Positions 19,190 through 24,774 of a stretch of 24,774 nucleotides of DNA are shown in pieces. Origin of the DNA: a virus (Duplodnaviria; Heunggongvirae; Uroviricota; Caudoviricetes); the IMG/VR virus record IMGVR_UViG_2778261448_000010, positions 1-24,774 of that record; one strand, 5' to 3'. The translations under genes and the position numbers were made by a program. Below the pieces are notes generated by a model. It did no database searches. It was not told where the DNA came from and saw only the letters and a program-made list of their open reading frames with translations. Positions within the stretch are counted from its first letter, which is position 1. Every line of letters begins with the position of its first letter.

Positions 19190-19626
19190 AACCTCGTCTA
19201 GTTGTTCGCCATAGATTCAGTGGCAGGCGGTGACGAGTCCGCTTTTCGGGAGCTACCCTAGCCACTGCTTGATTCTATCCGATGTCTTTCCATCAGTCCG
19301 CCACCACAAAGAATCTTTTTTGCCATAAGGCAGGAGGTTCATCTTTCAGTGGCTGCCAGTGTTATTTCCCCACTTACTGGCTTGGGTTGCTTCGTGGTAC
19401 TGCCGTTAACTGGTTGCCCAGAATAAATTCCGGTTTCATTATCAAGCCCACCCGTAGATAGGCTTTGTAATGAACTGGCTCTTATCTCAACGCAGCCCCT
19501 TACCGCGCGCCAGATGCTCAATATCAAGCATCAGCAATGAGATGTTTAATCTGGATTCACTCCAGAAGTGATCACCACCCTGTCTACAGAGCCAGATGTG
19601 AAGGATGATGAGTAAAATTATCGCTA

Positions 19627-20064
19627 TCATAGAAGGCATTGCGTCCTGATGTATTCCTGCAAGTAGTTAACCTGCGCGGTTATCCTGTCGATTCCACTTC
19701 GGAGACGGTAATAATTGAGTTCAGCATCTGCTGTAAGTCTTGGGCTTTCTCCATCGCCCATGCTGCTGGCTCCGGTCGTTGACTTTGTACAGGTGGCGGC
19801 GACTTGCAGGCGCTTACGACCAGCAGAAACATCAGCACGGAGACTTTCGATAGTCGCGTTAGCATCAGCAAGCTCCTTTGTGTATCTGGCGTCGAGTTCT
19901 GCTACATCACGTTGACGCTTCTGCATGTCAGCGATGATGTACGTGGCCTTATCACGCTGCTCTTTGTAGGCGATTGCGTTATCACGGTAATGATTAACAG
20001 CCCATGACAGACAGACGATGATGCAAATAACCAGAGCGGAGATAATCGCGGTTACTCTGCTCAT
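19627..20064 (-). CDS. Rz: Rz i-spanin
   Basis: The 145-aa [40 protein letters not shown]... is near-identical to the lambda Rz N-terminus as I recall it. Its start overlaps the R stop (ATGA). Confidence 0.9.
   Translation of the reverse strand: MSRVTAIISALVICIIVCLSWAVNHYRDNAIAYKEQRDKATYIIADMQKRQRDVAELDARYTKELADANATIESLRADVSAGRKRLQVAATCTKSTTGASSMGDGESPRLTADAELNYYRLRSGIDRITAQVNYLQEYIRTQCLL
19680..19871 (-). CDS. Rz1: Rz1 o-spanin lipoprotein embedded in Rz (+1 frame)
   Basis: The 63-aa ORF lies wholly inside Rz. It has a signal peptide with lipobox LVVSAC followed by a proline-rich segment, as in lambda Rz1. Confidence 0.8.
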   Translation of the reverse strand: MLMLTRLSKVSVLMFLLVVSACKSPPPVQSQRPEPAAWAMEKAQDLQQMLNSIITVSEVESTG

Positions 20065-20537
20065 ACCTCAATCTCTCTGACCGTTCCGCCAGCCTCTTTG
20101 AATTTTGCAATCAGGCTGTCAGCCTTATGCTCGAACTGGCCATAACCAGCGCCCGGCAGTGAAGCCCAGATATTGCTGCAACGGTCGATTGCCTGACGAA
20201 TATCACCGCGGTCAATCATCGGTAAAGCGCCACGTTCCTTAATCTGCTGCAATGCCACAGCGTCCTGGCTTTTCGGAGAGAAATCTTTCAGGACAAGCTG
20301 CTTACGATAGGCATCCCACCAACGGGAAAGAAGCTGATAACGTCCGGCGGCTGTTGATTTGAGTTTTGGGTTTAGCGTGACAAGTTTGCGAGGGTGATCG
20401 GAGTAATCAGTGAATAGCTCTCCGCCAACAATGACGTCATAACCATGATTTCTGGTTTTCTGTCGTCCGTTATCAGTTCCCTCTGACCACGCCAGCATAT
20501 CGAGGAACGCCTTACGTTGATTATTGATTTCCACCAT
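20061..20537 (-). CDS. R: Endolysin R (lambda-type lytic transglycosylase)
   Basis: The 158-aa [62 protein letters not shown]... is essentially identical to lambda R as I recall it. Confidence 0.95.
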   Translation of the reverse strand: MVEINNQRKAFLDMLAWSEGTDNGRQKTRNHGYDVIVGGELFTDYSDHPRKLVTLNPKLKSTAAGRYQLLSRWWDAYRKQLVLKDFSPKSQDAVALQQIKERGALPMIDRGDIRQAIDRCSNIWASLPGAGYGQFEHKADSLIAKFKEAGGTVREIEV

Positions 20538-20844
20538 CTTCTACTCCGGCTTTTTTAGCAGCGAAGCGTTTGATAAGCGAACCAATCGAGTCAGTACCGA
20601 TGTAGCCGATGAACACGCTCGTTATATAAGCGAGATTGCTACTTAGTCCGGCGAAGTCGAGAAGGTCACGAATGAACCAGGCGATAATGGCGCACATCGT
20701 TGCGTCGATTACTGTTTTTGTAAACGCACCGCCATTATATCTGCCGCGAAGGTACGCCATTGCAAACGCAAGGATTGCCCCGATGCCTTGTTCCTTTGCC
20801 GCGAGAATGGCGGCTAACAGGTCATGTTTTTCTGGCATCTTCAT
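20521..20844 (-). CDS. S: Holin S (lambda S107/S105 dual-start)
   Basis: The 107-aa [70 protein letters not shown]... matches lambda S, including the Met1-Lys2-Met3 dual start. RBS GGGGGTAAG lies upstream. Confidence 0.95.
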   Translation of the reverse strand: MKMPEKHDLLAAILAAKEQGIGAILAFAMAYLRGRYNGGAFTKTVIDATMCAIIAWFIRDLLDFAGLSSNLAYITSVFIGYIGTDSIGSLIKRFAAKKAGVEDGGNQ

Positions 20845-21392
20845 GTCTTACCCCCAGAAGGGGATCTGTTCAAATTAGGAATTATGGATATGGTCGCTTG
20901 AACAAATCCTGGTTACGGTTGATTTGTAACGGGTTTGTTCGTGACCGCATTCATGAGCAAATCATGCGTGGATTGCGCCAACAATACATGCCGCTCATAT
21001 CACGAAGCCCAGCCATTGATGCTGGGTTTTCTTTTTTAAAGCGCACTAGACCACCGTATCCACAGAGTGTCAGCAATGAGTTGGTTAGGTCTGGTTCTTG
21101 GTGGAAGTACGCTTTAAAAAATGGGCTGAGGGTTGTAGACCAAAATACTGAGGTAATGGTAATGGTGAAAAACGGTTTTGCTCTGGGTGGATTTGGCTGT
21201 GGTGGCCGGCGCTGATCTCCGGCTTGTATACAGGCACCTTGTTCTTCCGAAGCTCTCCTGCGCGCATCAGCCTGCGCATTCACCACACCGGAAAGAGCAC
21301 TCAGTTGTACCGGCCAGTTGTGCCACTAAGAAATGCTTTCGCAGACCGTTAAGCTCTTTGCCAGTTCTTTAATGCTCTTACCTGTTGTGCAA

Positions 21393-21436
21393 ACAAAAAA
21401 GCCACCGTTGCAACTTAAGAGTCACTAACGGCAGCT
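21393..21436 (-). terminator. tR'-like terminator of the short late-leader transcript
   Basis: On the minus strand a hairpin (AGCTGCCGTT...AACGGTGGCT, two mismatches) is followed by TTTTTTGTTTG, then by ...GCACAACAGGTAAGAGCATT, which resembles the lambda sequence just downstream of tR'. Confidence 0.55.
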
Positions 21437-21439
21437 TAC

Positions 21440-21476
21440 CCTCTAATTATGGCTAAATGGCTAACTGCATGTCAAG
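21440..21476 (-). promoter_or_regulatory. Putative late promoter P_R' overlapping the Q stop codon
   Basis: On the minus strand: TTGACA (21470-21475), an 18-bp spacer, then CATAAT (21446-21451). The Q stop TAG lies within the spacer. Confidence 0.5.
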
Positions 21477-21971
21477 GCTTTTAACAGCAACATGCTTAAC
21501 TTTCTCAACACGTTTACGCATTTTGAAAGCATTTTGCATTGGTTGGTACAAAACAAATAACGACGCTTTCAGGATGTCGTCAATTTCGTTTCTACAGGTT
21601 GCCAGTGAAGGTTTTCTCCATCCCTCGCCACCACGTCCACACATCTTGCGTGGCTTTGCAGTCGCGTGATAGTAGGATGCAATTGCTCGCTTAGATGAAC
21701 CATGAGCGTAGTAGCTGAGGAGGATGCCAAAGGCTTTCTTGTCAATGTACATGACGGAATCGACGACCTGAGAAATCAACATTCCATCATCATCATTGCA
21801 CATTGGCCTTGTCATAACTCTTCCCGGCTCTACGCTCTCCATGAACTTCGCTATTACGCTGCTCATACGCTTTTCCAGACGACCTGAATAAACCCATGCG
21901 CCCCACAGTTCAAGCCAGCCATTCAGCCACTCGTGCTGTTCTTTGGTGAGGTTTAGTTCTCTTATGCTCAT
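21453..21971 (-). CDS. Q: Late-gene antiterminator Q (phage 82/21-type family)
   Basis: The 172-aa ORF contains the motifs LELWGAW and RPMCNDDDGMLI, resembling Q-family antiterminators of lambdoid prophages. It lies immediately upstream of the late promoter and lysis genes. Confidence 0.7.
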   Translation of the reverse strand: MSIRELNLTKEQHEWLNGWLELWGAWVYSGRLEKRMSSVIAKFMESVEPGRVMTRPMCNDDDGMLISQVVDSVMYIDKKAFGILLSYYAHGSSKRAIASYYHATAKPRKMCGRGGEGWRKPSLATCRNEIDDILKASLFVLYQPMQNAFKMRKRVEKVKHVAVKSLDMQLAI

Positions 21972-22156
21972 CGTCTTCCTCTCTTGCCCTGTTTGACCAT
22001 CAGGACGCCGTTAACTATTACGTGACGCTCACCTTTGCTGTCTCGGTTGTACTTGAGCACTGTTCCTCTTGCACAGGAAAGCATCCTCGCCACTTCGGTC
22101 TGATTGCCTCGTGTCTGGATAAGAAGCTCTGGTATCGTTTGAATTGTGGCGTTCAT
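21968..22156 (-). CDS. ninH: NinH-like small DNA-binding protein
   Basis: The 62-aa ORF ...TIPELLIQTRGNQTEVARMLSCARGTVLKYNRDSKGERHVIVNGVLMV resembles lambda NinH. Confidence 0.7.
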   Translation of the reverse strand: MNATIQTIPELLIQTRGNQTEVARMLSCARGTVLKYNRDSKGERHVIVNGVLMVKQGKRGRR

Positions 22157-22515
22157 ACGTTCTCCATTTCGGTGATTTTTATTCCAAGCCTTCCACCTGG
22201 TACTTTCACACCACGAATTACGCGAATGTCATCGAATTGCTCGTCGTCTTCCGCAAATCCGGCGTGGATAAGGGAGTCGAGTAAACCTTTCAGGATGTTA
22301 TCGAGGTCGCGGCGGCGGGAGTCTGGAACGTCTGCGATGACTTTGATGCGGAGTCGTGATTTAGTGAAAATGTCTAACTTAAGTTGGCGGATGATTTTCT
22401 GAACGTCTTTTCGGTATTTCTGGCCTTTATCGCTGATGTAGTATTGGCTTCCCCGTCTTCGCCAGTAGGTGTTCACCGACGGCGGGTAAGGAAGCACAAA
22501 CTGATATTCGTTCAT
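22153..22515 (-). CDS. rusA: RusA-type Holliday junction resolvase
   Basis: The 120-aa ORF carries ...DVPDSRRRDLDNILKGLLDSL...GGRLGIKITEM, matching the RusA catalytic region. Confidence 0.85.
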   Translation of the reverse strand: MNEYQFVLPYPPSVNTYWRRRGSQYYISDKGQKYRKDVQKIIRQLKLDIFTKSRLRIKVIADVPDSRRRDLDNILKGLLDSLIHAGFAEDDEQFDDIRVIRGVKVPGGRLGIKITEMENV

Positions 22516-22802
22516 GACTTAATCTTCCCCTCCTTCAGCAGTATCGCCTGCGTCCTGATCACGCCTTCGAGGTGGTAAAGTCTGGCGTCTTTGTTGTCGA
22601 GGTTATGGGTGCGTCGGTCGATTTCATCGTGACACGCGCTACAAGCCCATGCGCCGATCAGATCGTCAGGCTTCATTCCCGTTCCGCAAATTCCAGCCAT
22701 CCGGTAATGTGCCAGAACTGTAGTTTCAGGATTGCCATTGCATACGCCGTAAATACGTACCTGGCATTCTCTGCCGCGCGCTTCTTTGCGTAGGTTAGCC
22801 AT
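22512..22802 (-). CDS. YbcO-like (DUF1364) putative metal-binding nuclease
   Basis: The 96-aa ORF MANLRKEARGRECQVRI.GVCNGNPETTVLAH.R..G.CGTG.KP.DL....ACSACHDEIDRRTH resembles E. coli DLP12 YbcO. Confidence 0.65.
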   Translation of the reverse strand: MANLRKEARGRECQVRIYGVCNGNPETTVLAHYRMAGICGTGMKPDDLIGAWACSACHDEIDRRTHNLDNKDARLYHLEGVIRTQAILLKEGKIKS

Positions 22803-23071
22803 TATGGTTCACTCCAGTAATTCTCAATTGCAGCAGCCATTCTCTGCATCCACTCAGCCAGCTTTAACGCGGCTTCTCTTTCAGAACCACATTTAGGGAA
22901 ATCCTTCATTTCCATGCTGGCCTTATATGTTCTGAATGCCAGGTCTCCGGTAATAATCAACTCCTGATCAAGCACCGAGCGTTTATTCCGGTGTTGAACG
23001 TAATAGACAGATTCAGTCCGCATTTCTTCTCTGTCTTTTTTGAAGGAAATAAGCTCAGAGAAATCACTCAT
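22802..23071 (-). CDS. Hypothetical nin-region protein
   Basis: The 89-aa ORF is translationally coupled to neighbours. No motif recognised. Confidence 0.45.
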   Translation of the reverse strand: MSDFSELISFKKDREEMRTESVYYVQHRNKRSVLDQELIITGDLAFRTYKASMEMKDFPKCGSEREAALKLAEWMQRMAAAIENYWSEP

Positions 23072-23240
23072 CGTCTTCTTCCTCGTACATTGAGCTATTC
23101 GGATCGCTCATCAGTTCTGCGCAGCAGTGCTCACACACGTGAACTTCCAGCACATGCAGCTTCTGACCGCAGTTAGCGCACGTTAAAGCCCGCTCGACGC
23201 TTTCTTTCTGGTATTGAAGAGATTGGGATGGGCTAAGCAT
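23064..23240 (-). CDS. NinF-like small zinc-ribbon protein
   Basis: Likely start at ATG 23238-23240 ([40 protein letters not shown]...), with CxxC...CxxCC and an acidic tail. It resembles a lambda nin small protein, which I take to be NinF. Confidence 0.55.
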   Translation of the reverse strand: MLSPSQSLQYQKESVERALTCANCGQKLHVLEVHVCEHCCAELMSDPNSSMYEEEDDE

Positions 23241-23640
23241 GGCTTTCACCATTAAAAAGTCGCTTGTAAGCATCAATGTCTCGTTTTGCTTCACCAAGCT
23301 TTCGTCTTAATTCCATGTTTTCTGATTCAAGCTTTTCCATGTCTTGTTGGTATCGATCGCGGTGTTCTTTCCATGCTTTTCGATACGCCTTCATGTATGT
23401 CGTATTGGACTTTCTCTTTGCCTGACGAACAGCGTGATGGTTTTCTACAAACCACTCAGGGTCGTTAAATGCTGCTCTGGCGCATGTATACCAATAATTT
23501 GCTGCCTCCCTGTTTAGCCAATAAATACTGATAAATGGCAACTGTATCGACACCATTTTTCGTTGAGACTCTTTCTCGCCAAACATGTGCCCTTTTTTGA
23601 TGCTAAGGCCAAATCCAGGTTGAATTAAAAGCATTGTCAT
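23233..23640 (-). CDS. Hypothetical nin-region protein (YbcN-like?)
   Basis: Likely start at ATG 23638-23640 ([24 protein letters not shown]...), which overlaps the upstream stop as ATGA. About 135 aa. Confidence 0.5.
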   Translation of the reverse strand: MTMLLIQPGFGLSIKKGHMFGEKESQRKMVSIQLPFISIYWLNREAANYWYTCARAAFNDPEWFVENHHAVRQAKRKSNTTYMKAYRKAWKEHRDRYQQDMEKLESENMELRRKLGEAKRDIDAYKRLFNGESHA

Positions 23641-23813
23641 TTCCTCGCACGATGTCTTAGCCACCGGATATCCCACAGGTGAGCCGTGTAGTTGAAGGTT
23701 TTTACGTCAGATTCTTTTGGGATTGGCTTGCGTTTATTTCTGGAGCGTTTCGTTGGAAGGTATTTGCAGTTTTCACAGATTATGTCGGTGATACTTCGTC
23801 GCTGTCGTCTCAT
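23637..23813 (-). CDS. Small basic nin-region protein (NinD/NinE-like, CxxC)
   Basis: Likely start at ATG 23811-23813 ([30 protein letters not shown]...), overlapping the methyltransferase stop as ATGA. About 58 aa. Confidence 0.5.
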   Translation of the reverse strand: MRRQRRSITDIICENCKYLPTKRSRNKRKPIPKESDVKTFNYTAHLWDIRWLRHRARK

Positions 23814-24337
23814 GCTGCCCTCCTGACGCCCTGCCCGATCGCCATCAATGCCGCTTTGGATACGGTAGTAAACATCCGTCGAGGACTGATGAACGGTCGC
23901 CAAATCAGCAGCATGGAACCTTTGCTGTTTCCCTTCTTCTCCAGCCCTGTCGATGGTTCGATAAAATTAATCCGTCCATCAGTGATAATGCGAACTTCGT
24001 CGACACTCTCCAGAGCCTTACTGAACCATCCGACTGACATATCCTCTGGCACAAGCATAACTACCGTCTGTCGCTGTTGTATGCACTGCTCAGCGGCTTT
24101 TTCCACCCACGGCCTGATATTGCTGTACGGTGGGTTATTCCAGATTGCACCGTGGCTTATCCACTCAGAATTTAGCGCGTCGTCGGCCTCAGTTAGCCAG
24201 TGAGCGCACAGAGCATTTTTGTCGCTCGCTGCCGAATCCAGCCAGAACCCAAACTCAATATCCAGTGCATCAAAAAGCCAAAGCGGCGTTTGCCAGCAGT
24301 CCTTATCGTGTGCTGGCGTATTTGATTTGATAGTCAT
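23810..24337 (-). CDS. Phage DNA N6-adenine methyltransferase (Dam-like, NPPY motif)
   Basis: The ORF contains the catalytic motif NPPY ([14 protein letters not shown]) and the N-terminal motif [13 protein letters not shown] typical of phage Dam-family methyltransferases. Likely start at ATG 24335-24337, overlapping the NinB stop as ATGA. Confidence 0.75.
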   Translation of the reverse strand: MTIKSNTPAHDKDCWQTPLWLFDALDIEFGFWLDSAASDKNALCAHWLTEADDALNSEWISHGAIWNNPPYSNIRPWVEKAAEQCIQQRQTVVMLVPEDMSVGWFSKALESVDEVRIITDGRINFIEPSTGLEKKGNSKGSMLLIWRPFISPRRMFTTVSKAALMAIGQGVRRAA

Positions 24338-24774
24338 GCAGCCCGATCTCCCCATCTTGCTTTCCACTCCAGAGCCAGTCGCGCTTCGTCTGACCACTTA
24401 ACGCCATGTTCTGTACCGAATGCCTGTATAAGCTCTAATAGCTCCGCAAATTCGCTTACACGCATCCTGCTGGTTGACTGGCCTATTACCACAAAGCCAT
24501 TCCCGGCAAGGTTAGGAACAACGTCCTGCTGCTTTAATGCTGCGGTAAACACGCACTTCCAGCTTTCTGCATCCAGCCAGCGACCATGCCATTCAACCTG
24601 ACGAGAGACGTCACCAAGGCAAGCCCAAAGCTTTCGGTTTTGGTCTAAGCTGCGGTTGCGTTCCTGAATGGTTACTACGATTGGTTTGGTTGGGTCTGGA
24701 AGAATTTGCTGTACCGCGTGAATAGCGTTTTGCTGATGTGCTGGAGATCGAATTTCAAAGGTTAGTTTTTTCAT
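24334..24774 (-). CDS. ninB: NinB (Orf-family recombination mediator)
   Basis: The 146-aa ORF MKKLTFEIRSPAHQQNAIHAVQQILPDPTKPIVVTIQERNRSLDQNRKLWACLGDVS... is near-identical to lambda NinB as I recall it. Its ATG is the last three bases of the window. Confidence 0.9.
   Translation of the reverse strand: MKKLTFEIRSPAHQQNAIHAVQQILPDPTKPIVVTIQERNRSLDQNRKLWACLGDVSRQVEWHGRWLDAESWKCVFTAALKQQDVVPNLAGNGFVVIGQSTSRMRVSEFAELLELIQAFGTEHGVKWSDEARLALEWKARWGDRAA

Noticed and set aside
19339-19527. 62-aa minus-strand ORF between Rz and the DUF551 gene
   Set aside because: It starts with TTG, has no SD and no internal Met, and its composition is featureless, so it is more likely non-coding. The region is reported as a finding instead.
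20951-21286. 111-aa and 64-aa minus-strand ORFs in the Q-S spacer
   Set aside because: Pro/Arg-rich low-complexity translation with no start context, in a region whose equivalent in lambda is non-coding leader.
1-24774. CRISPR arrays, tRNA genes, insertion sequences or transposase genes
   Set aside because: I found no regularly spaced direct repeats, no tRNA-like cloverleaf with a T-loop consensus in the intergenic regions examined, and no transposase-like ORF or terminal inverted repeats.

Overview
This window is the late/right half of a P22-like (Sf6/HK620-type) lambdoid prophage, almost entirely encoded on the minus strand, ending in a lambda-type attR junction with E. coli chromosomal DNA at bases 1-105. 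Reading the minus strand from 24774 down to 1: nin region (NinB, a Dam-like N6-adenine methyltransferase, small nin proteins, YbcO-like, RusA, NinH), antiterminator Q with an overlapping late promoter and tR'-like terminator, a lambda-type lysis cassette (S, R, Rz with embedded Rz1), small ORFs, terminase small and large subunits, portal, scaffold, coat, gp4, gp10, tail needle gp26, gp14, ejection proteins gp7/gp20/gp16, a variable moron locus, a frameshifted antirepressor-like gene, a 710-aa tailspike, a lambda sib/tI hairpin and the attR core. All protein identities rest on reading the supplied translations and on recalled family sequences; no database search was run. The most interesting stretch is 3590-4570, at the position where P22 carries sieA/immI: an AT-rich plus-strand gene for a small membrane-anchored coiled-coil protein, a divergently transcribed lipoprotein gene with its own terminator, and an antirepressor-like gene broken by a single-base frameshift. 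I found no CRISPR array, tRNA or transposase.
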